A stretch of 64,000 nt of DNA from contig OY759599.1 of the NCBI GenBank assembly GCA_963662465.1, positions 3,968,001 through 4,032,000 on the forward strand, given 5' to 3'. This DNA comes from Desulfatiglandales bacterium (GTDB taxonomy: Bacteria; Desulfobacterota; DSM-4660; Desulfatiglandales; Desulfatiglandaceae). Below, piece after piece: positions 18,227 to 28,521 of this stretch (position 1 is the stretch's first letter; each line of letters opens with the position of its first letter). The position numbers and the translations under genes are program-made. The notes under the pieces were generated by a model. The model ran no database searches, was not told the DNA's origin, and saw only the letters and a program-made list of their open reading frames with translations.

Positions 18227-19891
18227 TCAGGCTTTCTTTCCGGACTTGGTCATACGCCTTCTCTCTTCGTCGCGCACTTCCCTTCTCAGCAGTTTCCCCA
18301 CCTTGCTCTTGGGGAGCATGTCCCGGAATTCAATATAGCCCGGCACCTTGTAGGAGGCCAGTCGTTCCCGGCACCATTTGATGAGATCCGTTCCCCCCAC
18401 CCCTTTGGCGTCTTCTTTCAGAACCACGATGGCTTTGATGCGTTCTCCTACTTTGGGTTCGGGAATGCCCACGACGCAGGCGCCGATGACCGTGGGATGA
18501 TCCTGCAGCACCGCCTCGACCTCGGAGGCGGAAACCCGGTATCCCTTATGCTTGATCACGTCGGCGGATCGTTCCATGTAAACCAGTTGTCCATCCTCGT
18601 TCTGACTCACAAAGTCTCCCATGCGATAAAAGATACGGCCATCGATCTCGATGTAGCTGCGTTTTGTTTCATCGGGCTTGTTCCAGTATTCCTTCATGCT
18701 GTAAGGGGAAGTCACCAACAATTCCCCCGTTTTGCCGGGCGCTACCGGTTCCAGCGTCTCAGGATCCACCACAATACAGCTGCGGCTTCTGAGGGGCAAT
18801 CCAATGGTGTTGGGGTCTGGATCTTTCTCGATGCGACTGTAAGCAACGTGTCCTGCTTCCGTGGAACCATAGACCTGATAGATGGGCACATCAAAGCGCT
18901 CTTTCCAGCGATGAAAGACTTCCGCCGGCAACACGTCGCCGCCGCAATAACAATAGGCGAGACTGCTGAGATCATAGGATTCCAGACGGTCGTTTTCCAG
19001 AATCATGCGATAGAGGGCCGGAACCCCCAGAAACCACCGGGCGCCGAATCGCTCGATGGTACTCATAATGGCGTCCACCTGCGGGACCGGCATCAGCAGT
19101 ACGGCATTTCCCTTGTTGAGTCCAACGGCCATGCAAAGACCCAGGGCCATGATGTGAAACAGGGGATTGACCGCAATGTACACATCCTCTCCTTCCTTGA
19201 GGTGCCCGTAGGCCACGTCGTCGGTGACATCGTTCACGTAGGAGGTCATGCCGATATGGTTTCCCGGAACGCCTTTGGGAAACCCGGTGGTGCCCCCCGT
19301 GTAGAGGATGTATGACAGGTCTTTCCACGGATCCAGGGAAACGGGAGTGGAAAGGGGCTGATGTTTTAAAAGGGATCTGAAGGAGTGAACCCGTTTGTCC
19401 TTGTCCACCTTGCCGCTGGGAACCTTGTCGAACAACATGCCGAGGGAGCGTTTCCAGAGGGGAAGGAGATCCACCAGATTGGTGACGATAATGTTTTTGA
19501 GATCCGTCTTATCCGCCACTTCCTTGACATAACAGAAATTGGTGTCCAGGCAGATGATGGTTTCAGCACCCGCATCCTTGACCATGTATTCCACTTCAAA
19601 GGAGGTATAAATGGGAGACACGGGAACCAGGACCGCGCCTGCTTTTTGAATGCCCAAAAAACCTACCAGCCACTGAATGCAGTTGGACAGGTATATGATG
19701 ACCCGATCTCCCTTTTTGACCCCCAGGGCCGTCAGCGCGCCCGCGAACCGATTGCTGAGATCCTGCAATTGGGCATAGGTGAAACGCTCTCCCAGATAAA
19801 CCACCGCCGTCCGGTTGGGGTAGGTTTCACACATTGCGTCAAAACGCGTAAAAGTCAATTCCTTTGCCAGTGCTTGCTCATCTCTTTCCAT
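18227..19891 (-). CDS. Acyl-CoA synthetase (long-chain-fatty-acid--CoA ligase family)
   Basis: YTGGTTGFPKG, YGSTE, RMGD, KSKVGKLLR. Confidence 0.93.
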   Translation of the reverse strand: MERDEQALAKELTFTRFDAMCETYPNRTAVVYLGERFTYAQLQDLSNRFAGALTALGVKKGDRVIIYLSNCIQWLVGFLGIQKAGAVLVPVSPIYTSFEVEYMVKDAGAETIICLDTNFCYVKEVADKTDLKNIIVTNLVDLLPLWKRSLGMLFDKVPSGKVDKDKRVHSFRSLLKHQPLSTPVSLDPWKDLSYILYTGGTTGFPKGVPGNHIGMTSYVNDVTDDVAYGHLKEGEDVYIAVNPLFHIMALGLCMAVGLNKGNAVLLMPVPQVDAIMSTIERFGARWFLGVPALYRMILENDRLESYDLSSLAYCYCGGDVLPAEVFHRWKERFDVPIYQVYGSTEAGHVAYSRIEKDPDPNTIGLPLRSRSCIVVDPETLEPVAPGKTGELLVTSPYSMKEYWNKPDETKRSYIEIDGRIFYRMGDFVSQNEDGQLVYMERSADVIKHKGYRVSASEVEAVLQDHPTVIGACVVGIPEPKVGERIKAIVVLKEDAKGVGGTDLIKWCRERLASYKVPGYIEFRDMLPKSKVGKLLRREVRDEERRRMTKSGKKA

Positions 19892-19926
19892 GGGTTCAAA
19901 AACTCCATCAAGGTGTGTACAGGGCC

Positions 19927-20673
19927 TTAAACCCCAAAGTAGGCCGTACGGATATCCGGATTGCTCAACAGTTCTTTACGGGTCCCTTCCATGACCGCCG
20001 TGCCGTTTTCCAGGATAAAGGCGTAATCCACGATGGGAAGCACGGGTCTGGCGTACTGTTCGGTTACGATGATGGAGATCTTCCGCTGATCCCGAATGAC
20101 CTTGGTGCCGCGTATGAGGATGGCCTGCATGAGGGGACTGAGACCCAGGAGCGGCTCATCCAGAAGCAGCAGCCTGGGTTGGGCCATGAGCGCCCGTCCG
20201 ATGGCCAGCATCTGCTGCTCGCCGCCGCTTAAGAAGCCGCCGGTGCGCTTTTTCAATTTCAACAGGGCCGGGAAAATTTCAAACACATATGCCATGGTTT
20301 CCCTGGCCTGGGACGCATTGGCCAGGTACCCCCCGATGCGCAGATTTTCCAGCACGCTGCTTTCCTTGAAGATCCGGCGTCTCTCGGGGCAGAGCACGAT
20401 GCCCTGTTTGGCGCGGAGGCTGGGTTTAAGGTCCATGATGTCTTTTCCCAGAAACTGAATCTCTCCCATAATGGTGATGCGCTCCCCGCCGGCCATGGCT
20501 TCTTTTTTTCGAATATCTTCCATGATGCCGGAAAGGGTATACATAAGGGTTGATTTCCCGGCACTGTTGGCGCCGAAGACGCCGACAATCTGATTCTCAT
20601 CGCACTTAACCGCCACGTTGTTGAGCGCCAGCATATTTTCGTAAAACACCATCAAGCCGCTTGCCTCAAGCAT
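19927..20673 (-). CDS. livF: LivF-like ABC ATP-binding protein
   Basis: GANSAGKS, LSGGEQQMLAIGRAL, LLLDEP. Confidence 0.88.
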   Translation of the reverse strand: MLEASGLMVFYENMLALNNVAVKCDENQIVGVFGANSAGKSTLMYTLSGIMEDIRKKEAMAGGERITIMGEIQFLGKDIMDLKPSLRAKQGIVLCPERRRIFKESSVLENLRIGGYLANASQARETMAYVFEIFPALLKLKKRTGGFLSGGEQQMLAIGRALMAQPRLLLLDEPLLGLSPLMQAILIRGTKVIRDQRKISIIVTEQYARPVLPIVDYAFILENGTAVMEGTRKELLSNPDIRTAYFGV

Positions 20674-21454
20674 AGGACATGACCTCCTCGATGTCTTCGG
20701 AACCAAAATAGGCTTCCTTCACTTTTTCATTGGCCATGACTTCATCGGAAGTGCCTTCGGTCAGTTTTTCGCCAAAATTAAGGACCATGATGCGATCCGC
20801 CACGCGGAACAGCTCCCGCAAACGATGTTCAATCATGATCAGGGTAATGCCATCCATTTGCAGCCGTTCGATGAGGGGCACCATACTGGCGATTTCACTC
20901 GCGCTCAGCCCTGAAAAGACCTCGTCGCACAGAATAATGTCCGGTTTCAGGGCCAGGCATCGGGCCAGTTCCAACCGCTTGAGATAACCCGTGGGGAGGG
21001 TGGATGCCAATTTGTAGGGCACCCGTGAATCTCGCTCAAATCCGATTTCTTCCAGGATGTCGATGCCCACCGTGTTTCGGTCCCCCAGATTCCCGCCGCC
21101 CCGCCAGCCCCCGGTCCGTTTGGCTCGGGGTGAGGAAAGGGGGATCACCAGGTTCTTGAAAGCGGGGAGGCTGTAATAGGGTCGCATGATCTGAAAGGTA
21201 CGGGTGACGCCCATATCCGCGATTTTGTGGGCGGCCTTTCCGGTGATGTTTTTGCCCCTGAAAAAGATTTGGCCCGAGGTCGCCCGGATGAACCCCGTGA
21301 TGCAGTTGACAATGGTGGTCTTACCGGAACCGTTAGGACCGATAATCCCCAGAATTTCACCTTGGTTCAAATGGAAATTGACCCGGTTCAAGGCCAGGAT
21401 GCCGCCAAAGGCCTTGGTCAAGTCTTTGACTTCCAGGATCGGTTGATCGCTCAT
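20666..21454 (-). CDS. livG: LivG-like ABC ATP-binding protein
   Basis: GPNGSGKT, RTFQ, LELAR, MIEH. Confidence 0.88.
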   Translation of the reverse strand: MSDQPILEVKDLTKAFGGILALNRVNFHLNQGEILGIIGPNGSGKTTIVNCITGFIRATSGQIFFRGKNITGKAAHKIADMGVTRTFQIMRPYYSLPAFKNLVIPLSSPRAKRTGGWRGGGNLGDRNTVGIDILEEIGFERDSRVPYKLASTLPTGYLKRLELARCLALKPDIILCDEVFSGLSASEIASMVPLIERLQMDGITLIMIEHRLRELFRVADRIMVLNFGEKLTEGTSDEVMANEKVKEAYFGSEDIEEVMSYA

Positions 21455-22464
21455 ACTTTGACCCACCTTTCAATCTGATGATATTTTCTTTCTCCGTACA
21501 CCATGAGGCCTTCACTCCGAAAAACCACAAAGCCCACCAGCAGCAGGGCGTAAAATACGATGCGAAGGGTGCCGAAGTCCCTGAGCAGTTCGGATATGGG
21601 GACGAGAATCAGACAGCCCAGAACCGGACCCACCAGCGTACCGCTCCCCCCGATGACCGTGGCGGCGATGGGCAGGATGGAGAAATCCAGGGCGAACAGG
21701 GAAATGCCGCCCCACATGTAGATGTGTACCAGACAGGCGCCGCCCATACATCCCATGGCCGAGGCAATGAACACCGCCCCCGCCTTATAAAGGTTTACAC
21801 TGATTCCGGAAGCGCGGACCGCCTGGTCGTTGTCCTTTACGGCCCGAATCACCAGACCCACATCCGTGTTGACCAGCCGTCTGATGCCGAACAGAAAGAG
21901 GAGTACCAGCAAAATGACAAAATACTGCTCCATCCACGCATTGGGGAAACTGTCAATGCCCATAATGCCGTCCGTGCCGCCCAGAATGTCCGTGGCTTCA
22001 ATAACCCGGGCAATCGCCAGGGGATACATGAGGGTGACAATGGCGAAATAGACCCCTCTAAGGGGCAAGCAGGGGAGCAGCAGCACGGTACAGATGATGG
22101 CGCCCAACAGCGTAGCAATGGGAATGGCCAGAAACGGGGGGGCGCCGAAAGAAGTATTCAGGATAGCCGAGAGATACCCTCCGACGCCGATGAAAAAAGC
22201 CCCCCCAAGGGACACAAGGCCCACAAAATGGGCCAGAAAATCAAAGCTCAGGGCCAGCAAGGCATAAATGCACACGATGGTGATCACGCGCGGCCAGTAC
22301 ATGCCGGGCATTACCAGGGGCAATGCCAGCAATCCCACAATCAAAACCAGTCTCGGCAGCGTCAGATAAGACAATTCCTGCCAGCCCATGAGTGCGTAGA
22401 GACCATCGGAGCGAATCTTAATGCCCCGGTCCAGACGCTCCTTTCGTTGTTGTTTTGTATTCAC
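21451..22464 (-). CDS. livM: LivM-like ABC permease
   Basis: GLVSLG, LRGVYFAIVTL, GGSGTLVGP; GTG start at 22464 inferred. Confidence 0.85.
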   Translation of the reverse strand: MNTKQQRKERLDRGIKIRSDGLYALMGWQELSYLTLPRLVLIVGLLALPLVMPGMYWPRVITIVCIYALLALSFDFLAHFVGLVSLGGAFFIGVGGYLSAILNTSFGAPPFLAIPIATLLGAIICTVLLLPCLPLRGVYFAIVTLMYPLAIARVIEATDILGGTDGIMGIDSFPNAWMEQYFVILLVLLFLFGIRRLVNTDVGLVIRAVKDNDQAVRASGISVNLYKAGAVFIASAMGCMGGACLVHIYMWGGISLFALDFSILPIAATVIGGSGTLVGPVLGCLILVPISELLRDFGTLRIVFYALLLVGFVVFRSEGLMVYGERKYHQIERWVKV

Positions 22465-22466
22465 CC

Positions 22467-23333
22467 CTATACCCTCTCTTCCAGTTCTTTCTGCTGTCCG
22501 AACAGACCCGACGGTTTCAGGATCAGCGTTATAATGATGGCCAACAGGGCCACGACCATCTGAAAATGGCTTCCCAGATAGACGGTGGTTAGAATCTGAG
22601 CGAATCCGATCAAAAATGCCGCCAGAACCGCCCCCATCCAGCTGCCAAGCCCTCCCACGATACAAACGGCGATGGCCTGAATCAGAACGTCATACCCTTT
22701 TTCCACCACGATATTGCCCAGGGGCAGTATCAAAATCGCCGCCAGTCCCGCCAGCATGGCGCCGAAGGCCATGGCCACCATCGCCATGGTATCCGAGTCG
22801 ATCCCCAGCATCAGGGCTGCCCGTTCATCCTGGGCCATGCCCCGAAGGGCCAGGCCGATGCGGGTGTAGTGGGTGAACAGCCATAGAAAAGCCACCAGCA
22901 GAACCCCGATGGCGACCACCATGATTCGCTGGTAATCCACCGGGATGTCTCCGATGGTGATGCTCCCTTCGATGAATACGGGGAGGGTGTAGGTGCTTCC
23001 CTTGAACCCGCCCCACCGAAGCCCTTCCAGAATGGCGAGTCCGATAGCATAGGAAGCGATGATTTCCGAGATGTTCATGCCGCGCACCCGGATCAACACG
23101 AAGCGGTACATGAGTGCGCCCAGGAGCCCCGTCAAAGCCAGGGCCAGGACAATGCTGATGACATAATTGAAATTTAACCCCCGAACAAACGCCCAGGCGA
23201 CGAATCCGCATAGCACATAAATGGCGCCGTGGGCAAAATTAGGAATGCGGCTGGTCCCGTAGACCAGGGCGAACCCCAGGGCCATGAGTGCCAGCATGAT
23301 ACTGTTGATGGTACCGTAAATCAAAATATCCAT
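22467..23333 (-). CDS. livH: LivH-like ABC permease
   Basis: ALMALGFALVYG, NFAHG, IVGGLGS. Confidence 0.88.
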   Translation of the reverse strand: MDILIYGTINSIMLALMALGFALVYGTSRIPNFAHGAIYVLCGFVAWAFVRGLNFNYVISIVLALALTGLLGALMYRFVLIRVRGMNISEIIASYAIGLAILEGLRWGGFKGSTYTLPVFIEGSITIGDIPVDYQRIMVVAIGVLLVAFLWLFTHYTRIGLALRGMAQDERAALMLGIDSDTMAMVAMAFGAMLAGLAAILILPLGNIVVEKGYDVLIQAIAVCIVGGLGSWMGAVLAAFLIGFAQILTTVYLGSHFQMVVALLAIIITLILKPSGLFGQQKELEERV

Positions 23334-23408
23334 AGCCTGATTCCCAAGATGAGATTTCCAGGATAAGGGCCCACAAAAGGCCCCATGTGTTATCGCTTTT
23401 GGATTCGC

Positions 23409-23451
23409 TCGCCTTTTTGTCCGGGGCTTTGTCAGGCCGGCAAAAAGGCGA
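23409..23451 (-). terminator. Stem-loop between the binding-protein and permease genes
   Basis: TCGCCTTTTTG...CAAAAAGGCGA inverted repeat. Confidence 0.55.
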
Positions 23452-23462
23452 TTAAAAGGCTG

Positions 23463-24737
23463 TTATTTGGCTGGTTTCATCCATGGGGGGAGTTGAATCT
23501 CACCCGTGGCGATGGATTTGGGAAAGACCACCACCCGTTTTCCGTCCTGCCACTGGAAGATGCTTCCCACAGCGCCTTCTTTGGGATCAAAGGCGGGAAT
23601 GACCTGATGGCTTTTGGGGTTGAACCGGAGTCTGCCGTAGACGCCCACCATGTCGGTTTTTTCAAGGGCCGCCACCACTTTGTCGGGATCCAGGGACCCG
23701 GCCCGTTCAATGGCGTCTTTCAACACGTACACCGCCATGTAGCTGCTGGAACTGCCCAGACCCTCGGGCTCGATATTCCAGCGGTCCTTATAGGCGTTAT
23801 AGAACTTCATGGTCCAGGGAGTGGCTTCGCTGGGCGCGTTTCCGGCATTCACCACGTTGGCCAGGCAATACTGACCCTTGCCCTTGGTGGCCTCCCAGAA
23901 GCCGGGTTGTTCAGCCGCGGCCAGGGTGGAGCCGAAGGGGAGAGCCGGAATTTTCATGTCATACCACTGTTTCAGCAGAATGGAGCTTTCCGGCATATCC
24001 ATCCAGATGGAGATGACCTGACTGTTGGTCTTTTTGGCTTGGATGAGGCCCATGGAAAAATCGCTGGTGCCGGTGGGATATATTTCGGTACCCGTGACGT
24101 CCCAGCCCATTTTCTTGGCCAGTTTGCCGAGGATTTTCCCTGCTGCACGGGCATGGCTCACATCCTGAACCATGATAAACAACCGTTCGAATCCATATTT
24201 TTCCTTGATTTCCGTCAGGCAGGTGAGGATTTCCTTAACCAGCCATTTGGCTTCCCCATGGATCCTGAAGCAGTATTTGAATTTGTCGTATTTTTTCTCC
24301 ACCATGGCATGATATTTGGGGCTCAAAGCGCCGGTGGTGAGGATGGAAACAACCTTATGTTTGGAGAGAAGGGACATGGCCGCCAGAGCCGCTTCGGAAC
24401 GGACGGGCCCGCCGATGATAAAATGAATCTTTTTTTCGAGGATCAGTTTGTCCATGGCCATGAGGGCTTCGCTCACCGGCACGCCCGGTTCCAGGTCCCG
24501 GGTGTCGATAACGTCCACGGCGAAAGGCCTTTTTTCCCCTGCCACGGTTACTCCTCCCTGGGCGTTGATTTCCTCAACGGCCAGTTTAATCCCCCGCTCG
24601 GCGTCCCATCCATAGAGATAGGCCGTTGACAGCGGTGCTCCGATCTTTATGGGTTCCGCCGCCCCTCCCATGACGGGAAATACCAGCAAAAATGAAAACA
24701 ACGCAATGGCCAGGATCAGTCGATTTTTGGTGTACAT
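23463..24737 (-). CDS. Branched-chain amino acid-type ABC substrate-binding protein
   Basis: Signal peptide, LAVEEINAQGG, LKDAIERAGSLD. Confidence 0.92.
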   Translation of the reverse strand: MYTKNRLILAIALFSFLLVFPVMGGAAEPIKIGAPLSTAYLYGWDAERGIKLAVEEINAQGGVTVAGEKRPFAVDVIDTRDLEPGVPVSEALMAMDKLILEKKIHFIIGGPVRSEAALAAMSLLSKHKVVSILTTGALSPKYHAMVEKKYDKFKYCFRIHGEAKWLVKEILTCLTEIKEKYGFERLFIMVQDVSHARAAGKILGKLAKKMGWDVTGTEIYPTGTSDFSMGLIQAKKTNSQVISIWMDMPESSILLKQWYDMKIPALPFGSTLAAAEQPGFWEATKGKGQYCLANVVNAGNAPSEATPWTMKFYNAYKDRWNIEPEGLGSSSSYMAVYVLKDAIERAGSLDPDKVVAALEKTDMVGVYGRLRFNPKSHQVIPAFDPKEGAVGSIFQWQDGKRVVVFPKSIATGEIQLPPWMKPAK

Positions 24738-24779
24738 TCTTTGTTCCTCCTCAAAGGTTAAAAAAGAAGTGGTTCTATT

Positions 24780-24944
24780 TCAGGAAGATTCAGGCGGTAT
24801 TAACCCATGTTTTCGAATCTTCCGTTTCACCCGTGACACCGATATCTTTAACAGGCGGGAAGCCTTGTCAATATCCCAATTCGTCTTTTCCAGAACCGTC
24901 AGGAGATGTTCTTTTTCAATTTCTCTGAGGGTTTTGAGGTTCAT
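24780..24944 (-). CDS. Stand-alone Fis-type HTH protein
   Basis: TLREIEKEHLLTVLEKTNWDIDKASRLLKIS...RKIRKHGL; GAGG RBS. Confidence 0.7.
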   Translation of the reverse strand: MNLKTLREIEKEHLLTVLEKTNWDIDKASRLLKISVSRVKRKIRKHGLIPPESS

Positions 24945-24978
24945 CGCTGATTCCTCTGCGTCAGTTGACGTTAGAGTG

Positions 24979-24994
24979 AGCAATATGCGTGCCA
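24979..24994 (-). promoter_or_regulatory. Sigma-54 promoter for the HTH/ABC/CoA-ligase operon
   Basis: TGGCAC-GCATA-TTGCT, adjacent to a sigma-54 activator gene. Confidence 0.8.
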
Positions 24995-25166
24995 TACAGC
25001 CTTCCATGAATTCGCAACGGTATTTCAGAGGCCATCTATCTTATATTGTTATGAAAAATTAACATACCGAAAATGAAGCACCCCCGAAGCGTGTTCCTCT
25101 GTTCTGAAAAAAAGTTTCAGGGTATGGAAAATTTTTTTGTAGCGAAGGTCGATTTTCAGGCCATGC

Positions 25167-26522
25167 TCAGACTGGTGGCGCCGCGATGTGGTATTTTCGG
25201 ATTTTGCTGCGCAAGGTGGGAAGTGAGATGCCCATTGCCTGGGCTGCCTTTGTGCGATTCCACCCCAGGAGACGAAGGGTCTTTTCGATGTGCTCTTTTT
25301 CCATTCGGAGCAGGGAATATCCAGGAATGCCGCCGGAGTCAAGGCCGGTGTCGGTATTGAGAATATCTTCCATATCTTCCAGAAGGATCACATTCCCTCT
25401 GGCCCTTACCACCGCCTCCACCAGACAGTTTTCCAGCTCCCGAACATTTCCCGTCCATGGGTGAAGCATGAGCCGTTCAATCAGGCCTTGCTGGAGCTTT
25501 GAAACCTCGGTATTCAACTCATGATTGATTTTTTGAAGAAAATGCTTGATCAGGCTCGGGATGTCCGACAAGCGTTCCCGTAGCGGGGGAACCTGAAGCG
25601 TGACCACGCGCAGGCGGTAATAGAGATCTTCCTTGAATTCTTTCTTCCGGACCATGGCCGTCAACCCTCGATTGGTGGCGCCGATGATGCGGCATCGCGA
25701 TTTCAGAATTTCGTTTCCCCCCACCCGGGTAAACTCGCGACGCTGAAGAAAACCCAGGAATTTGCTCTGAAGCCGCGCCGGCAATTCGCCCAGTTCATCC
25801 AGAAAAAGGGTCCCTTTCCCAGCCAGTTCGATTTTTCCCTGCTTGGTGGTGGTGGCGCCGGTGAAAGCCCCTCTTTCATGCCCGAAAAGCTCGCTCTCCA
25901 GAAGAGTCTCCACCGTGGATGAGCAATCCATGGTGATAAACGGTTCCTTATTGAAGCGGCAGTTCCGGTGAATGGTCCTGGCAATGAGTTCCTTGCCCGT
26001 ACCCGTTTCCCCTTCAATCAGGACCGTGGCCCGGTTCTGGCATACCAGGCCGATCATTTTAAAAATCCGCCGCATCTTGTCGCTTTTACCGATAATCACG
26101 TCTTTGTTCGCGGGGGGATCTTCCACTTTCATGAAGGGCGTTTCACGGTCCACTTGAAGGATATGCAATGCACGGTTTACCGTTTTTTCAACCAATTCAG
26201 CATCCAGAGGTTTGTGGAGATAGTCGAATGCGCCCCGTTTCATGGCTTCGATGGTCGTTTCCATGTCCTGAAAGGCCGTCATCATAATAACCTTGGCGGG
26301 GCGTTGGTCTTTCTGAATTTGCGTCAGTACATCCAGACCGTTCATATCCGGCAGGCGGATGTCCATAATAACCACTTCCGGCCTTTCACGAGAAAAGAGG
26401 GCGTATCCCTTTCCGCCGACGTCCGCTCGAAAAACCTCATGACCCTTTTCCCCGAGAAACATTTCCAGGGATTCCAAAATGGAAACCTCATCATCAATGA
26501 TCAGAATCTTGGCCATATTCAC
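25167..26522 (-). CDS. NtrC-family sigma-54-dependent response regulator
   Basis: REC, GETGTGKE, GAFTGA, WTGNVREL, Fis HTH. Confidence 0.95.
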   Translation of the reverse strand: MNMAKILIIDDEVSILESLEMFLGEKGHEVFRADVGGKGYALFSRERPEVVIMDIRLPDMNGLDVLTQIQKDQRPAKVIMMTAFQDMETTIEAMKRGAFDYLHKPLDAELVEKTVNRALHILQVDRETPFMKVEDPPANKDVIIGKSDKMRRIFKMIGLVCQNRATVLIEGETGTGKELIARTIHRNCRFNKEPFITMDCSSTVETLLESELFGHERGAFTGATTTKQGKIELAGKGTLFLDELGELPARLQSKFLGFLQRREFTRVGGNEILKSRCRIIGATNRGLTAMVRKKEFKEDLYYRLRVVTLQVPPLRERLSDIPSLIKHFLQKINHELNTEVSKLQQGLIERLMLHPWTGNVRELENCLVEAVVRARGNVILLEDMEDILNTDTGLDSGGIPGYSLLRMEKEHIEKTLRLLGWNRTKAAQAMGISLPTLRSKIRKYHIAAPPV

Positions 26523-28038
26523 CGCCCGTTGGAAGGTTCACATGAAATGTCGCGCCTTTGGATGAACGGTTTTCAGCCTTTATCCAACCGCCATGAGCAT
26601 GGACAATCCGACTGACATTGGAAAGTCCGAGGCCCGTGCCTTTGGTTCGGGTGGAAAAAAAGGGTTTGAAAATTTCATCCATGAATCGGGGTTGAATCCC
26701 GTGCCCTTCGTCTTGAATGAGTACTTCCACATAGGGCTGTTTGACCTCGGGATGATAAAGGCTGCGTACCGTGATGCAGCTTCCCTCGCTGGAAGCGTCA
26801 ATGGCATTTAAAAAGAGGTTGAGCAATGCCTGTTCCAATTTGCCCGCATCCGCCTGAAAAACAGGGACTGCCTCATCCAATACGGCTGTAATACTCAGGT
26901 TGTTTTCCTTGAATCTAACGTCCAGGGTTTCCGTGCAGGCGGACAGAATTTCATTGAGGTCCGAAGATGAAAAAGCCAGATCGAGGGGTTTGGCAAAGTC
27001 CAGAAGTTCGGTCAGAATCCTTTCCAGTCGCGTTGTCTCGCGAATGGAGATGTTGACGCGACGCTTGTCGTTGCCTTGTATGTCCGGATTTTTCTCCAGT
27101 ATTTGAAGGTTCATTTTGACGGCCGAAAGCGGATTGCGAATCTCGTGGGAAAGAGAGGTGGTGATCTGACCGATATAAGCCATTCGTTCCGATTCCCTAA
27201 CCTTCTTTTCCATTTTCACCCGTTCGGTAATATCCCTGCAAATGCCGATGTTGGACATCCGTCCTTCATAGGCCGCCACATTGGCTCGGATCTCGGTGGG
27301 ATAAGTATGGCCGTTTTGGGTGAGACGCATATATTCAAAAATGGCAGGGCTGGGTTGATTTTCAAGACTCCTTTTGTAAATATCAATGACCTCTTTTCGG
27401 CTCATGGGGGCCAAAAAGGCGTAAAATTTTTTTCCCAAGACCTCTTCAGGCAGATAGCCGTGCATTCGACAGAAGGCACGGTTGGCAAAAACGATGACTT
27501 GGTCCTGAATCACAAAATATCCGTCATTGATTTCCTCCACCAGTACTTTGTACCGCAATTCCGATTCCCGCAGGGCTTTGGTCCTGAGCCGGACCTCGTC
27601 TTCCAATTGCCGGTTGTGCGCCAGAATCTTTTTCTCGTGCATGTTTTGAAAATGATCACTGAAACGACGAATGGTATAGGCCAGGCAGCGATTGATATTG
27701 ACAACCCCGCGAAGAAAATCGTCAGCGGTACACTGTTCCACCAGAATGGGGATCGCAATAGTTCGGTACAATTCAAATGCGGTTTGAACATCCGACAGGT
27801 GAAACCCGGCTTCGAGACGCATTTTGCATATTTTATTGATAAATCGGTTGATTGGACCCATTTGTTCATCAACCAGAAAATGATAGTTGGCCTCGAATGC
27901 CTCGCTAATGGTTCCAAACAGCTCTTCGCGAGGTCTGGAAGCGTATAGCGGGCCGGCATTCTCTTTAAGCCTGTTGACCCATTCGTCAATAATCTGGGAG
28001 CGATAAGTGTGGTGAAATTCTTTCAGACTCAAGGGCAT
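26494..28038 (-). CDS. Cytoplasmic PAS sensor histidine kinase (RsbRD-like N-terminus)
   Basis: SHEIRNPL, NAIDA, GTGLGL; start uncertain (28038 or 28149). Confidence 0.9.
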   Translation of the reverse strand: MPLSLKEFHHTYRSQIIDEWVNRLKENAGPLYASRPREELFGTISEAFEANYHFLVDEQMGPINRFINKICKMRLEAGFHLSDVQTAFELYRTIAIPILVEQCTADDFLRGVVNINRCLAYTIRRFSDHFQNMHEKKILAHNRQLEDEVRLRTKALRESELRYKVLVEEINDGYFVIQDQVIVFANRAFCRMHGYLPEEVLGKKFYAFLAPMSRKEVIDIYKRSLENQPSPAIFEYMRLTQNGHTYPTEIRANVAAYEGRMSNIGICRDITERVKMEKKVRESERMAYIGQITTSLSHEIRNPLSAVKMNLQILEKNPDIQGNDKRRVNISIRETTRLERILTELLDFAKPLDLAFSSSDLNEILSACTETLDVRFKENNLSITAVLDEAVPVFQADAGKLEQALLNLFLNAIDASSEGSCITVRSLYHPEVKQPYVEVLIQDEGHGIQPRFMDEIFKPFFSTRTKGTGLGLSNVSRIVHAHGGWIKAENRSSKGATFHVNLPTGGEYGQDSDH

Positions 28039-28336
28039 GGGGAAATAGCTCGACCTGTAAGGGGGGCAAGTGTTCGCATATTTGCCAAGAACTATAGGTA
28101 AATGCAATTTGGCAGTCAAGGGAATTTCTTCCGTGACGGCAGATTGCATAGGGGCGAAACCGCGGCTATTCTAATATTTACGGTCCACAACCCTTCACTC
28201 ATCTTTATTCGAAAAGACTTCGCTGTTTGCTTTTTTGTTTCTTTGAAACGGTTGCTTCAAAGCGACCCGTAAGGGAGGGGAATGCAGAAAGAGAAAGGTC
28301 AAATCATTGAGAAAGTGCGGGATATTTTAAGTCGAC

Positions 28337-28443
28337 GGGGGGGCCGATGTATCTTAGGCCTGAAGGGCCGTGACATACCAGACCAGGGCAACGCCCTGGG
28401 AATAGGTTGCAAAGATCGTTTAGCCCTGTAAGGGCGTGACATT
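28337..28443. repeat. REP-like palindromic cluster
   Basis: GGCCTGAAGGGCCGTGACAT / CCAGGGCAACGCCCTGG / GCCCTGTAAGGGCGTGACAT. Confidence 0.6.
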
Positions 28444-28485
28444 CCGCCTAAATGCATTTGACGCGAGAACATTTTAAAAAACAGC

Positions 28486-28514
28486 TTGCAATAGTCCCAG
28501 ATTGGGACTACCAT
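28486..28514 (+). promoter_or_regulatory. higBA promoter with operator palindrome
   Basis: TTGCAA-N17-TACCAT; TAGTCCCA-GAT-TGGGACTA (28492-28510) fills the spacer. Confidence 0.7.
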
Positions 28515-28521
28515 CATCAAA

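Noticed and set aside
18077..19315. Long plus-strand ORFs (also 10939-11898, 21478-22563, 23385-24629, 56609-57988)
   Set aside because: Antisense shadows of well-supported minus-strand genes.
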